Shown: piece by piece, positions 46,519 through 56,984 of the stretch
How the letters are laid out: each line of letters begins with the position of its first letter
Position numbering within the stretch: the stretch's first letter is position 1
Source of the DNA: an uncultured Bacteroidia bacterium
GTDB taxonomy: Bacteria; Bacteroidota; Bacteroidia; Bacteroidales; CAJPTX01
Length of the DNA stretch: 64,000 bases
Assembly (NCBI GenBank): GCA_938038735.1
Contig: CALHSW010000076.1
Span: forward strand, 413-64,412
Direction: 5' to 3'
Made by a program: the position numbers and the translations under genes
Notes under the pieces: generated by a model
Database searches by the model: none
Told to the model about the DNA's origin: nothing
Seen by the model: the letters and a program-made list of their open reading frames with translations, nothing else

Positions 46519-47379
46519 ATGAGGCAACTAAAAATAACAAAGTCCATAACCAACCGAGAAAGTCCGTCGTTGGATAAGTACTTACAAGAGATTGGTAAGT
46601 ACGAATTGATCAGCATGGAAGAAGAGGTTGAGCTGGCGCAAAGAATAAAAAAAGGGGACCAAAAGGCTTTGGAGAAGCTGACGAAAGCGAATTTGCGTTT
46701 CGTGGTGTCAGTGGCAAAGCAGTATCAGAATCAAGGACTTTCGCTGCCCGACTTAATCAACGAGGGGAATTTGGGGTTGATGAAAGCAGCTGAGAAGTTT
46801 GATGAGACGCGCGGTTTTAAGTTCATTAGCTACGCCGTATGGTGGATTCGTCAGGCGATACTTGCAGCGTTGGCGGAGCAGTCGCGTATAGTACGCCTTC
46901 CACTCAATCAGGTTGGGATGCTCAACAAGATGTCCAAGGTTGGGTCAAAGTTTGAGCAGGAGAACCAACGTGCACCATCGCCTGAGGAAATTGCGTCGAT
47001 AATGAATCTACCAAAGGAGAAGGTAGTTGATAGCCTACGAGTGGCTGGGCGTCACGTGTCCATTGACGCACCATTCGTAGAGGGCGAAGATAACAGCCTA
47101 CTTGACGTGCTGCCGAATCCCGACTCTGCGAAAGCGGACACGTCGCTTATGCAAGAGAGTTTGAGCCTTGAAATCGATAGAGCATTGGCGCAACTCACAG
47201 ATAGAGAGGCGGACATAATTCGCTATTTCTTCGGCATAGGATGCAGGGAAAAGACGTTGGAGGAGATCTCTGAAGAATTGAACTTAACGCGTGAGCGGGT
47301 GCGTCAGATTAAAGAGAAGGCGATACGTAGACTACGTCACACGAGCCGTTGTAAGAATCTCAGGGCATATTTGGGGTAG
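46519..47379 (+). CDS. rpoD: Primary RNA polymerase sigma factor (Bacteroidota sigma-A)
   Basis: [25 protein letters not shown] start. Regions 2-4 present ([45 protein letters not shown]). 286 aa with no region 1.1, as typical for the phylum. Confidence 0.93.
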   Translation: MRQLKITKSITNRESPSLDKYLQEIGKYELISMEEEVELAQRIKKGDQKALEKLTKANLRFVVSVAKQYQNQGLSLPDLINEGNLGLMKAAEKFDETRGFKFISYAVWWIRQAILAALAEQSRIVRLPLNQVGMLNKMSKVGSKFEQENQRAPSPEEIASIMNLPKEKVVDSLRVAGRHVSIDAPFVEGEDNSLLDVLPNPDSAKADTSLMQESLSLEIDRALAQLTDREADIIRYFFGIGCREKTLEEISEELNLTRERVRQIKEKAIRRLRHTSRCKNLRAYLG

Positions 47380-47404
47380 TCTAGGCTCTTGCTATTAGGA
47401 GTGA

Positions 47405-47440
47405 AAGGGGCGGCCAAAGCTAAGTTTTGGCCGCCCCTTC
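47405..47440. terminator. GC-rich hairpin downstream of rpoD
   Basis: AAGGGGCGGCCAAA / TTTGGCCGCCCCTT, a perfect 14-bp stem. Weak T tract (TCATTATT). Confidence 0.6.
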
Positions 47441-47585
47441 ATTATTGAATCCTCATTCCCATGATAGAAAGCTCAAATGTGCCAAATACATGCCACCAAT
47501 GGGTTGGGTTTGGATAGTACGGGCAGGTTGTAGTAGCAAATTGATTCCCACACCGAAGCGGTAGCAACCAGGAGAAGAGTTAGAG

Positions 47586-47659
47586 TGACCTGATTGGGAT
47601 TCGAACCCAAGACCCACAGCTTAGAAGGCTGTTGCTCTATCCAACTGAGCTATCAGGCC
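47586..47659 (-). tRNA. tRNA-Arg (anticodon TCT)
   Basis: Reverse complement folds as GGCCTGA-TA-GCTC-AGTTGGATA-GAGC-A-ACAGC-CTTCTAA-GCTGT-GGGTC-TTGGG-TTCGAAT-CCCAA-TCAGGTC-A. 74 nt, no encoded CCA. Confidence 0.92.
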
Positions 47660-47731
47660 AATTCTAACGTGATTGGTAGACAACACCACCATGATGCCTT
47701 TTCCCCACCACCTTTCGTATCTACGAGTGCG

Positions 47732-47739
47732 CAAAGGTA
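47732..47739 (-). promoter_or_regulatory. -7 box TACCTTTG upstream of tRNA-Arg
   Basis: Plus-strand CAAAGGTA, about 70 nt upstream of the tRNA 5' end. Confidence 0.4.
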
Positions 47740-47781
47740 CAACAATTCCGTAAAATATCGGTTATAGTACAGTCAAAAGTG

Positions 47782-47789
47782 TAACTTTG
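47782..47789 (+). promoter_or_regulatory. -7 box TAACTTTG upstream of sufE
   Basis: Exact TAnnTTTG match 33 nt upstream of the ATG at 47822. Confidence 0.45.
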
Positions 47790-47821
47790 CACCGTTAATT
47801 TTAGAGAGAAAGGAGACTACC

Positions 47822-48241
47822 ATGTCTACTATAAACGATGCGCAAGATGAGATGATAGAGGAGTTTGGGTACTTTCCAGATTGGCTGGATCGCTACCAGC
47901 AACTCATTGATCTTGCTCATACACTTCCAAAGCCCGCTGAGGACCTACATAGCAACGAGAACCTAATAAAAGGATGCCAGAGTAGGGTGTGGATACAATG
48001 TCAGGAAGAAAACGGATTACTGCACTTTTCAGCCGACAGTGATGCTATAATTACCAAGGGAATTGCGGCACTGCTGGTTAAGGTTCTAGATGGACATACC
48101 CCGCAAGAAATTGCGAACGCAGATTTGTACATGATTGAAAAGATAGGATTAAAGGAAAATTTATCTCCAACGCGCGCCAACGGTTTAGTGTCGATGGTGG
48201 AGCGTATCCGAGAATGCGCAAAGTCGCATATAGAGCAATAG
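47822..48241 (+). CDS. sufE: SufE-family cysteine desulfuration (sulfur acceptor) protein
   Basis: Conserved acceptor Cys context IKGCQSRVWI. 139 aa. Confidence 0.88.
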   Translation: MSTINDAQDEMIEEFGYFPDWLDRYQQLIDLAHTLPKPAEDLHSNENLIKGCQSRVWIQCQEENGLLHFSADSDAIITKGIAALLVKVLDGHTPQEIANADLYMIEKIGLKENLSPTRANGLVSMVERIRECAKSHIEQ

Positions 48242-48248
48242 ACACAAA

Positions 48249-48563
48249 ATGAGTGATATACAGTTGATTGAGTCAAAGCTGGTTGAACAGCTGAAAGAAG
48301 TATATGATCCCGAGATCCCGGTAAATATTTACGATTTAGGTCTCATCTACGATATAGACGTAGATCCCAAGGGGGTAGTAGACATTACGATGACACTGAC
48401 GGCCCCAAATTGTCCTATGGCCGATTCGTTGGTAGAAGGCGTGAAGAGAGTGGTTTTGGGAATTGAAGGGGTAACGGAGGCATACGTAGAGGTGGTGTTT
48501 GATCCGCCGTGGGATGAGTCGAGAATGTCTGATGAAGCTCGACTTGAACTCGGATTGATGTAG
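48249..48563 (+). CDS. DUF59/SufT-like Fe-S cluster assembly protein
   Basis: VYDPEIPVNIYDLGLIY and TLTAPNCPMAD motifs. 104 aa. Confidence 0.85.
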   Translation: MSDIQLIESKLVEQLKEVYDPEIPVNIYDLGLIYDIDVDPKGVVDITMTLTAPNCPMADSLVEGVKRVVLGIEGVTEAYVEVVFDPPWDESRMSDEARLELGLM

Positions 48564-48587
48564 AATACATTTTGTCCGCTTGGGGAC

Positions 48588-49511
48588 TTGAGTGCAGTGA
48601 TAATATCGTTTGAACGATTATCCCATTTGGCACGAGAAGAGAGGTTCTCGGCTGTTGGGGTAAGTCGTGCCGATCGTGCAAGCGATATTGAGGAAGGGTT
48701 TCGTGCATGGCTAAATGCAGGCTTCCATGGAGAGATGGGATACTTAGCACGGAATTTTGACAAGCGGATGGATCCCAGGTTACTGTTTCCAGGAGCGCGA
48801 AGCGTAGTGTCATGCTTAGCGCCCTATGACATTCAGCGAGAGGAAGATAATTCGGAATTTAAGGGTGGGAGAGTGGCTAGCTTTGCTTGGTTTCGTGACT
48901 ACCATCTGACGATAAAAGAACGTTTGTACTCGCTACTAGGTCGTTTACGTGCCGAGTATGGTGAGGTTGAGGGGAGACCCTTCGTTGACTCAGCACCATT
49001 GCTGGATCGTTACTGGGCTACACGTGCAGGGCTAGGGTGGATAGGAAAAAACACCCTATTGGTGTCAAAGGAGTGGGGGTCATACGTTTTTATAGGAACC
49101 TTGGTACTGAATGTAGAGGTTGAAACCACAGCATCTCCAATTGGAAACTACTGTGGAAAGTGTAGACGTTGCATTGATTCTTGTCCAACTGGAGCTTTGT
49201 TTGCACCGGGGAGAATGGATGCTCGTAAATGCATTTCCTACTTGACCATTGAGAAGAAAGAAGAACTATCCAAAGAGGAAGAAGAATCCCTCGGAGAATG
49301 GGCGTTCGGCTGTGATGTTTGTCAAAATGTCTGTCCATGGAATGTGCGTCGCGTAAAAGACAGTGAGACACTAATTAACGAGCGATACGTTAGTCGCGAA
49401 GTGCTTACCGGATTCTCTTACGGTCTCCGTTCCCTGCCCAAAGAAACTTGTTTAAGAAGGGCAAACAAAGGTAGACTGCAACGATTGCTGCAAATGGGGA
49501 ATAAAGGGTAG
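48588..49511 (+). CDS. queG: Epoxyqueuosine reductase
   Basis: Two ferredoxin-type clusters CGKCRRCIDSCPTGAL and CDVCQNVCPWN. GWIGKNTLL motif. Non-ATG (TTG) start in the track, so the start is uncertain. Confidence 0.88.
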   Translation: MSAVIISFERLSHLAREERFSAVGVSRADRASDIEEGFRAWLNAGFHGEMGYLARNFDKRMDPRLLFPGARSVVSCLAPYDIQREEDNSEFKGGRVASFAWFRDYHLTIKERLYSLLGRLRAEYGEVEGRPFVDSAPLLDRYWATRAGLGWIGKNTLLVSKEWGSYVFIGTLVLNVEVETTASPIGNYCGKCRRCIDSCPTGALFAPGRMDARKCISYLTIEKKEELSKEEEESLGEWAFGCDVCQNVCPWNVRRVKDSETLINERYVSREVLTGFSYGLRSLPKETCLRRANKGRLQRLLQMGNKG

Positions 49512-49536
49512 GCTACATCTCCAGACGTGATGTATG

Positions 49537-49584
49537 AAGAATGCCCCGCCAGTGTATTAATTAATACACAGGCGGGGCATTCTT
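49537..49584. terminator. Bidirectional terminator between the convergent queG and ilvA genes
   Basis: About 21-bp stem AAGAATGCCCCGCC(A)GTGTATT / AATACAC(A)GGCGGGGCATTCTT, T-rich on both sides. Confidence 0.8.
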
Positions 49585-49602
49585 TTATCGTACGTTCTAA
49601 CG

Positions 49603-50823
49603 CTATTGGATTACGTTATACTGCATACCATTCTCCTTCAGCTGGCTACAAATTTTCTCCAACTGACCGTATTCTTGGGCGTTAAACGTAATCGTCACCT
49701 GCACGTAGCCAACCGGCACTTGGATAACGGAACGTTCATGTACGATATCGTAAATGTTGACTCGACTAGACTCAAGGATGCTAATCACCTTTTTGAGTTC
49801 GCCGCTGCGATCAGGAATTAGCACTTGCAGCCTGTTACGGAGCCCTTCGTCCATCATACCCTTCTCAATGATTTGCTCAAGGAGGCCCATATTAATATTT
49901 CCCCCACTGATGACGGAGACAACGTTCTTCCCCGGCAAGGAGAGCTTACCACTCATAAGCGCCGCGAGTCCTACAACACCCGATGGCTCGGCTAACACTT
50001 TTGCCCTCTGTAACAACAGGTACAAGGCATGAGCTATTTCCGAGTCGTTGACAACGATGACATCATCAACATATTTTTGCGCGGTTGCAAGGGTAATGTC
50101 TCCAGGCTTCTTTACAGCTATACCATCGGCGATGGTGCCTGACGAAGTTAAGTTCACCAACTCGCCCTTCGCCAAAGACTCATGCATGGATTGTGCCCCG
50201 TCAGCCTCAATACCGATAACTTTAATCTCCGGCTTAATGTTCTTTACCGCGATGGCTATCCCAGAAATCAATCCGCCCCCACCAACGGGTACTAAAATCG
50301 CTTCAACGCCCTCCAGCTGGTCAAGGATTTCGAGTCCTATGGTTCCCTGGCCCGCTATGATGTATGGGTCGTTGAAAGCGTGGATGTAGGTTGCCTTATT
50401 CTCCTCAGCGTACGCTTTCGCGGCCTCGTAGGCATCATCGTAAGAGTTCCCAGAGAGCATAACGTTGGCACCGTACGCCTTTGTGGCAATAACTTTTAAA
50501 GGCGGTGTTGAGAGCGGCATGAAGATCGTTGACTTCACCCCCAACTTCGTGGCGCTGTACGCTACGCCCTGCGCATGGTTTCCTGCCGAGGCACAAACGA
50601 CACCGGCCTGCCGTTCGCTTTCCGACAGCATGCTAATTTTGTTATAAGCACCCCTTATCTTGAATGACCCCGTAGATTGTAAATTTTCCAGCTTTAGGAA
50701 AATATTGCACCCTATAATGTCAGAGAACGACTTGGAACGCTCTACCGACGTAACTTTCGTTATCCCTCGGAGCCGCTTTTGCGCTTTGATAACCTCAGCA
50801 AAATCTGGAATTTGCACCCCCAT
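49603..50823 (-). CDS. ilvA: Threonine ammonia-lyase (PLP-dependent, one C-terminal ACT-like domain)
   Basis: PLP lysine motif TGSFKIRGA, GGGGLISG glycine loop, 406 aa. Confidence 0.88.
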   Translation of the reverse strand: MGVQIPDFAEVIKAQKRLRGITKVTSVERSKSFSDIIGCNIFLKLENLQSTGSFKIRGAYNKISMLSESERQAGVVCASAGNHAQGVAYSATKLGVKSTIFMPLSTPPLKVIATKAYGANVMLSGNSYDDAYEAAKAYAEENKATYIHAFNDPYIIAGQGTIGLEILDQLEGVEAILVPVGGGGLISGIAIAVKNIKPEIKVIGIEADGAQSMHESLAKGELVNLTSSGTIADGIAVKKPGDITLATAQKYVDDVIVVNDSEIAHALYLLLQRAKVLAEPSGVVGLAALMSGKLSLPGKNVVSVISGGNINMGLLEQIIEKGMMDEGLRNRLQVLIPDRSGELKKVISILESSRVNIYDIVHERSVIQVPVGYVQVTITFNAQEYGQLEKICSQLKENGMQYNVIQ

Positions 50824-50867
50824 TATGTTGCCCTTTCTTTAAGTACAGACTCAATGCGAATTTTCCG

Positions 50868-50875
50868 CAAAGGTA
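50868..50875 (-). promoter_or_regulatory. -7 box TACCTTTG upstream of ilvA
   Basis: Plus-strand CAAAGGTA, 45 nt upstream of the ATG at 50823. Confidence 0.45.
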
Positions 50876-51005
50876 CGTTTTTTGTTGATATAATAGGTGT
50901 TAGGGAAAGTTAAACTATCGGGGTTACTTTATTGGAAAACTTGGAGAGCCAAAGACTTTCTAGGTGTATGCGTGAGAGTTAGTACAATTAAAGACTATCG
51001 TGGGC

Positions 51006-51233
51006 ATGGTGTTTACGTTACTATTTACAGTTGCTGTCGTTGGTGTATGTGTATTAGCACTAGGGGTGAAGATCCTTTTCCATCCAAGTCATAAGTTCCC
51101 CGAGACTTCTGCGGGGCATAACCCTAACATGCGTAAGTTGGGCATTACGTGTCCCAAGGTTGAAGATGCCAAGCTGCATGGTACTACGTGCTCTACGTGC
51201 TACGCAAATGCGCGTGAACAGGACGAAGAATAG
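51006..51233 (+). CDS. Small hypothetical membrane protein with a C-terminal Cys motif
   Basis: One TM (VFTLLFTVAVVGVCVLALGV), then CPKVEDAKLHGTTCSTC. No family recognised. Confidence 0.4.
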   Translation: MVFTLLFTVAVVGVCVLALGVKILFHPSHKFPETSAGHNPNMRKLGITCPKVEDAKLHGTTCSTCYANAREQDEE

Positions 51234-52025
51234 TTTGACCTTCTGGTGAGTAGATCCTATCGGAACTTCAGGAGCGATGTGCGCTTGAAGTAGGAGTAGC
51301 GCAATCTAGGTGGACACGTAAATTGTTTCTGCTGAGAAAAAACAAGCTTTACATTTGTAGTCAATTTGCGTTTACAAAGAACGTGCGGTAGGCATCATGG
51401 AGAACTACAAATGTGTTTAATCGGGGTGCCGTGCCTATAATCTCTTGTGGACTTCAGTAAGGTGCAGCAATCCTTTCTGAAATCGCCTTATTCCATTAGA
51501 TAACTAGCTGATAATCTTTCCTATTCTTATTCTGACAGTGTTTGTGAGCTGCCCCTCAGGCATAGCCTGTAGCAGGGATTGGCTTGCTGCTATCTCCTCA
51601 TATTCTTTCATGTAAAACCAAGGATGGCATGCTACTTATGCCTCTGACATGTCTCAAAGAAACCGCACCCAATACTAGCCGGTAGAGTGGGGTGAAGGCA
51701 AAAGGTTTCTACCATTTTATGGAAAATTATACGCGGGAGAGAGGGTAGGGGTATTCGTTCCGCTTGTACTGCTTTCACCCATCAAGAAAGATGTCAGCAG
51801 CTAACAGTAGGATGAGTTATTTTACAAAATATTTGACAAGTAAAAACAATAATTGTAAACAAAGCAATTACCTAAGAACAAGCTTATTACTGTTCTGTTT
51901 TCTATCAAAAGTAAACCATATAGAACGGAAGAATAGTTTACAACTCTGTATCTTTAGTCCCAAAAATAGTATAAATGTAACAAGCCCTTCACTTCACAAA
52001 ACTTATCGTTTCCCTTTCTTTTTGT

Positions 52026-52033
52026 TACCTTTG
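52026..52033 (+). promoter_or_regulatory. -7 box TACCTTTG upstream of the XRE-type regulator
   Basis: Exact TAnnTTTG match 20 nt upstream of the ATG at 52053. Confidence 0.45.
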
Positions 52034-52052
52034 CGGCGATGGATACAGGCGT

Positions 52053-52628
52053 ATGTTTACAGTTATGAACGACATTGCAGAGAGGATAAAATACATACTA
52101 GAGCAGGAGGGGCTGACGTACAATCAGTTTGCCGAGAGAATAGGAGTGGCATCAAGTGCCGTTTCGCATTTCGTAAATCGCAGGAACAAACCTTCCCTTG
52201 ATGCCATTGCTGGAATACTAGACGCATTTCCCAACATTTCTCCCGATTGGCTCGTGCTAGGCACGGGAAGTCCGCAAAGAGATATTGATTCTACAGCCAA
52301 TTCCGCGCAGCAGCAACACAAGGCTATCACCCAGCGTACAATAGAACTGCCTAAAGCTGAGCGGAAAAAGGAAAAAGACGACAATTTACAGCCTCCTTCC
52401 ACAGATCAGCCGAATGAGGAGTATCAGGGGCAGCCAGCTACTGAAATGAGCACAATGAACGATACCACGCATGCACGATCAGCGGACATTCACGTGAAGC
52501 CCATAGAAGAAGGTATCGTAGACCCCGATACTCGTATTCACCCCGTGAAGTTGATTACCATTTATTCCGACGGAACGTTTGAGTGCTTTACTTTTCGCAA
52601 GAGTACCATTGAAAAGCGGACTATTTAG
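52053..52628 (+). CDS. XRE-family helix-turn-helix protein with a long polar C-terminal region
   Basis: IAERIKYILEQEGLTYNQFAERIGVASSAVSHFVNRRNKPSLDAIAGILDAFPNISPDWLVLGTG is a Cro/C1-type HTH with the Bacteroidota-typical DWL(L/V)xG end. Confidence 0.8.
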   Translation: MFTVMNDIAERIKYILEQEGLTYNQFAERIGVASSAVSHFVNRRNKPSLDAIAGILDAFPNISPDWLVLGTGSPQRDIDSTANSAQQQHKAITQRTIELPKAERKKEKDDNLQPPSTDQPNEEYQGQPATEMSTMNDTTHARSADIHVKPIEEGIVDPDTRIHPVKLITIYSDGTFECFTFRKSTIEKRTI

Positions 52629-53194
52629 CCCAAGCGTTACAGAATTTTCTTATGGGATTTTCTCTTGCCAATGGAGAAAAGGGGAGCATTCGCTATACAA
52701 TTTAACATAATACTCATTATCGGACAACAGAAAGTCCATCAGAACTGCGCCTTTTCTCGTCTCGCTTCCTCCTTCCGTTCCATTTCTCTGCGCATTCCTT
52801 AACCGTTGCCTTCTACGCAGCACTCTTTCTCTACCAATTGGAAGCCATTGCGCAACTTTACGGTTAACCCTGAGGGAATAGCTGTTTTCTCAATGGTACA
52901 AGCTAGCACCAATCAAATTTACGCCCCAGTGTTCGTAATAAGCCTCAGCAGCCTTCAACACTTTGAGGCGCATTCTATCTCACATTCGTTCAATCGCAGC
53001 AACACACACATGGCTTTTATTCTCAGCCTTTTACACTTTTATCAAATCTCGGATTCACACCATCCTACTCTCTCAACGATGCAGTAAAAGCCACCCACGC
53101 TGCGCTACGCACCCTCTACCTCTCTTCGCAGTACGCCCCCACTCCATTCTCGCCCCATACGCTATTGTATATGTATAGCGATAACGGCAACCAA

Positions 53195-55813
53195 CTACTC
53201 CTCCGCCTCTGCCACCTCATCAGCCTTCGGCTTAGCCTTAACCTCTACCCTTTTCACCTCGTACGTACTAACCCGCTTGCCCTTAGCGCGTAAGCTTTTC
53301 ACCCCAATGAATTCTACCGCATCTATCTCGTCGTTGACCCTATTGGCGTACTTACCACCATAGTGTACCACTAACGTAGGCTCTTCGTCCTCTGTGATAG
53401 CCATTAAACGAGAATTCGGAGCCTCTCCGATAAGAGATGTCGGTAGGTCCACCAGCTCCAATGGGCACCGTTTCAGGTAGCAGAATTGCTTTTCCCCATC
53501 GTAGTACGCAACGGTAAAGACCTTCGATGCGTCAAATTTCTCTACAATTATGGGGTCATCTTGGAAACGTGTTGAGGCGCTAGCTTCTAGGGTCTCGTAC
53601 GTACCATCGTTGTAGACGGCTAACACCCGTTCGTTGGTTGAGAACTCGCCTAGATAGCGCCCCCTTTCATCGGTGTTTAGACGGTTCACGTCAAGGTCTA
53701 TCCAAACTTTAAGGCCTCCAAGCGTTGACTCGCCCTCCTCTTTGCACCTCACACTCTGTAGCTTGTACTTCGTGAGAACATTTCCGCGCGTCCCCTTGCC
53801 GCGTACTGCCAGATCAGCGAAATCATAGGTGAATGTATTCCCCTTTTTCAACTTATACTTATCTGAGAGTTTACACTCTATCACCTCGGCCTCGCCATTG
53901 GGATTTACAGACATATACAATATCTTGCTGCCCTTCGTTCCTTGCGTCAAATCGTATTCCTTGTCTCGGATTAACGACCCAATGGTGCAACGCTTTACAT
54001 ATGTAATCTCTGAAACCCCATCAATGTACGCAAGGTTGTAGCATGTTCTACTGTCGTTACGTTTGTAAACCCCCGTGTAGAGAATCCCATCCCCTACGAA
54101 TTTCTTCTCCGCAATGCCTGAAATGGAGTACACTCCCGAACGTAGAACAACTATTGCATCATCGATGTCAGAGCAATCCCCTACATACTCTCCAAGCTTA
54201 CTGTCGGTACCCACGAAACCATTTTCTCTATCCACGTAGAGTTTCTTCGTTGCCGCAACCACCTTGGTCGCTTCTATAGTTTCAAACTCGCTTAACTCCG
54301 TGAGCCGTGGGAACTTCGCACCGTAACGCTTCCTTATTCCTTCAAAATATTTTATTGTGTACTCTACGATTTTTCCTAGATTGCTCTTTACCCCTTCTAT
54401 CTCCTGCTCAATTGACTTAATGAGGGTATCGGCCTTCTTTGCATCGTACTTTGAGATCCGTTTAATCTTTATTTCGGTCAGCTTCACTATATCATCGTAC
54501 ACCACCGGCCGGTACAACAGAGCCTTCCACGGATCAAGTGACTTATCAATCGTTGAAATGACGGACTCCCACGTTTCGCACTCTTCTATGTTCAAGTACA
54601 GGCGATTCTCAATGAAGATCCGTTCCAGCGATGCCGCATGCCATTCGTCCTCTAGCTCTTTCAACCGTATCTCTAGCTCCTGCTTGAGCAGCTCTTTCGT
54701 ACGATCGGTCGATATTTTAAGTATATCGTTTACCGATAGAAAATGGGGTTGATCCTCCGATATAACGCATGCATTGGGGGATAGCGATACCTCGCATGCC
54801 GTAAAGGCATACAATGCGTCGATCGTTTTATCGGGAGACGCTTCGGGCAGTAGGTGCACAATGATTTCTACCTGCGCAGCCGTATTGTCCTCTACCCTCT
54901 TGATTCTAATCTTACCAGCATCGTTGGCTTCCCGTATGGAGTCAATAATTTTGCCCGTCGTTTTCGTAAAAGGAATCTCCGTGATTGTAAGCGTCCTGCG
55001 ATCTGTTTTAACTATTCTCGCTCTAATTTTCACCTTCCCCCCGCGTTGCCCACCTTGGTAACGACTACAATCCGCTATCCCCCCAGTGGGGAAATCGGGC
55101 ATTAGCTCAAAGGGTTCGCCCTTTAGGTAATGTATACTAGCGTCTATCAGCTCGTTAAAATTGTGAGGCAATATTTTTGTATTCAACCCCACAGCAATCC
55201 CCTCAGTACCCTGCGCTAGAAGCAGCGGAAATTTTACCGGAAGCGTAATGGGCTCATCGTTACGCCCATCGTAGCTCTTCATCCACTCGGTTGTCTTGGG
55301 ATTGAAAACCACTTCCAGCGCAAATTTTGATAGCCTTGCTTCTATGTATCGTGGTGCTGCAGCCGAATCCCCGGTTAAAATATTCCCCCAGTTGCCCTGC
55401 ATGTCGATGAGCAGGTCCTTCTGCCCAAGCTCCACCAGCGCAGCGCCTATTGATTGATCGCCATGCGGATGGAATTTCATGGTTTCACCGATAATGCTTG
55501 CCACCTTGTTCATACGGCCGTCATCCATACGCTTCATAGCGTGCAGAATACGCCGCTGCACTGGCTTCAACCCATCCTCAAGGTGCGGCACCGCCCTGTC
55601 CAATATCACAGACGAGGCGTAATCGAGAAACCAATCCCGGTACATCCCAGCTAGGCGTAGCTTGGAGATGTCTTTACTCAAAATACGGTCAACGAAGCTC
55701 GCGTCTTCCGCTTCCTGCTCTTCATCAACCTCTTCCTCAAGCTCCGTATCGTATACTGCGTCTGCGCCCTCTTCCATTGGAGCGTCCATGTAATCCTTTT
55801 CTTCGTCGTTCAT
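53195..55813 (-). CDS. parC: DNA topoisomerase IV subunit A
   Basis: LKPVQRRILHAM, active-site Tyr context AAPRYIEARL, C-terminal beta-pinwheel repeats, acidic N- and C-termini. Confidence 0.85.
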   Translation of the reverse strand: MNDEEKDYMDAPMEEGADAVYDTELEEEVDEEQEAEDASFVDRILSKDISKLRLAGMYRDWFLDYASSVILDRAVPHLEDGLKPVQRRILHAMKRMDDGRMNKVASIIGETMKFHPHGDQSIGAALVELGQKDLLIDMQGNWGNILTGDSAAAPRYIEARLSKFALEVVFNPKTTEWMKSYDGRNDEPITLPVKFPLLLAQGTEGIAVGLNTKILPHNFNELIDASIHYLKGEPFELMPDFPTGGIADCSRYQGGQRGGKVKIRARIVKTDRRTLTITEIPFTKTTGKIIDSIREANDAGKIRIKRVEDNTAAQVEIIVHLLPEASPDKTIDALYAFTACEVSLSPNACVISEDQPHFLSVNDILKISTDRTKELLKQELEIRLKELEDEWHAASLERIFIENRLYLNIEECETWESVISTIDKSLDPWKALLYRPVVYDDIVKLTEIKIKRISKYDAKKADTLIKSIEQEIEGVKSNLGKIVEYTIKYFEGIRKRYGAKFPRLTELSEFETIEATKVVAATKKLYVDRENGFVGTDSKLGEYVGDCSDIDDAIVVLRSGVYSISGIAEKKFVGDGILYTGVYKRNDSRTCYNLAYIDGVSEITYVKRCTIGSLIRDKEYDLTQGTKGSKILYMSVNPNGEAEVIECKLSDKYKLKKGNTFTYDFADLAVRGKGTRGNVLTKYKLQSVRCKEEGESTLGGLKVWIDLDVNRLNTDERGRYLGEFSTNERVLAVYNDGTYETLEASASTRFQDDPIIVEKFDASKVFTVAYYDGEKQFCYLKRCPLELVDLPTSLIGEAPNSRLMAITEDEEPTLVVHYGGKYANRVNDEIDAVEFIGVKSLRAKGKRVSTYEVKRVEVKAKPKADEVAEAEE

Positions 55814-55976
55814 AGCTTACGAAAACCCCCTATACAGTTACGCAATGCTCTTGCGAATAGCTTTCCCTTTTACGTCCTAAACAGATACTATATATTAACA
55901 AATCATATTCTAAATTTACCGACTCCTCCACGGCAAACCGCTCCCCTCGTCGTGACCTATTTACTGCGCTTCGCGC

Positions 55977-56972
55977 TCAAAAAGCCACCCATAGGTTACC
56001 TAAAATCAGTATTGGCACCACCGCGGCAAACGTCCATTTTTGAACCCTTTCACTGCCTCGCCCTGTCAAATAGTAAACGTACCCGCTGCCTACCGCTGGG
56101 GCAATCATAACAGGAATTGCGCTACTACTCGGAAGCATTACAAATGGAAACAGCGAAAACATTGCTCCCCAGCGCAACAAGCTGTCGCTATATACCGCCA
56201 AAATGTTCCTACTCTGTCGATTCCTCCTTCCAACCCATAGCATGAGCAGCAGAAGGAGTAGCACACCCCATGCCACGAGCGGCATGTTTACCACCCATCC
56301 GCTCATGAACCAACTTTCCTTGATAAAGTGCACCAAACGCCCCACCCCGATATAGCTATCTGGGTTTGCCCCTAGGAGCAGAGCTATAGCTATAGCAAAG
56401 CAACTCGGTAGAATAAAGGAAATTAACGAAATAATTAGCCTCTTGCCCGTTGCTACGTTCTGGTATATCATGGCGACAAATACCACGAGCAACAGCACGG
56501 CTGTGGGGTAGTATACCAACGTTAAAAGGCCAATGAGAAAGCACGCACGGAACAGCGTGTCAGAATATGTTCGCTGCTCCTTGCTCAGTAGCAATATCAC
56601 CACATGTAGCCCCGCAAGCGTACCTAACGCCGCCGCTACGCTCCCAAAAGCACCGCCATAAATTGACATGGTTGAAAGCAACGGCACGAATAGATGCATT
56701 AGGTAGTTTTTACTCTGCCCCGGATGCACACGAGAAAAAATGGACTGCATAACGGCAGCGACTAGCACGTAGAGCAACAACGACAGCGGCACAAGCACCC
56801 CCTGCGGAACTTTATCCTCCACAGCCATGCCCAGCGGGGTTTGCCATCCCGCAGCTACAACTTCCCCCCACCCTACAAAGTACCACTTCACGCCCCACGT
56901 CGCAATTACAATAGCGTATATCGCTATCGCCGTGGTGATACGCTGCCGTGAAAAAAAACTTAGTAAACCCAC
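55977..56972 (-). CDS. Polytopic integral membrane protein, unknown function
   Basis: About 9-10 hydrophobic helices. GTG start. 12 nt downstream of purD. Confidence 0.65.
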   Translation of the reverse strand: MGLLSFFSRQRITTAIAIYAIVIATWGVKWYFVGWGEVVAAGWQTPLGMAVEDKVPQGVLVPLSLLLYVLVAAVMQSIFSRVHPGQSKNYLMHLFVPLLSTMSIYGGAFGSVAAALGTLAGLHVVILLLSKEQRTYSDTLFRACFLIGLLTLVYYPTAVLLLVVFVAMIYQNVATGKRLIISLISFILPSCFAIAIALLLGANPDSYIGVGRLVHFIKESWFMSGWVVNMPLVAWGVLLLLLLMLWVGRRNRQSRNILAVYSDSLLRWGAMFSLFPFVMLPSSSAIPVMIAPAVGSGYVYYLTGRGSERVQKWTFAAVVPILILGNLWVAF

Positions 56973-56984
56973 CGGCTATTCACC

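Noticed and set aside
51764-52201. A 145-aa plus-strand ORF overlapping the HTH gene start
   Set aside because: It starts with a non-ATG codon (TTG), the region is AT-rich and low-complexity, and the ORF runs through the promoter box of the HTH gene, which has a clear Cro/C1 fold signature in another frame.
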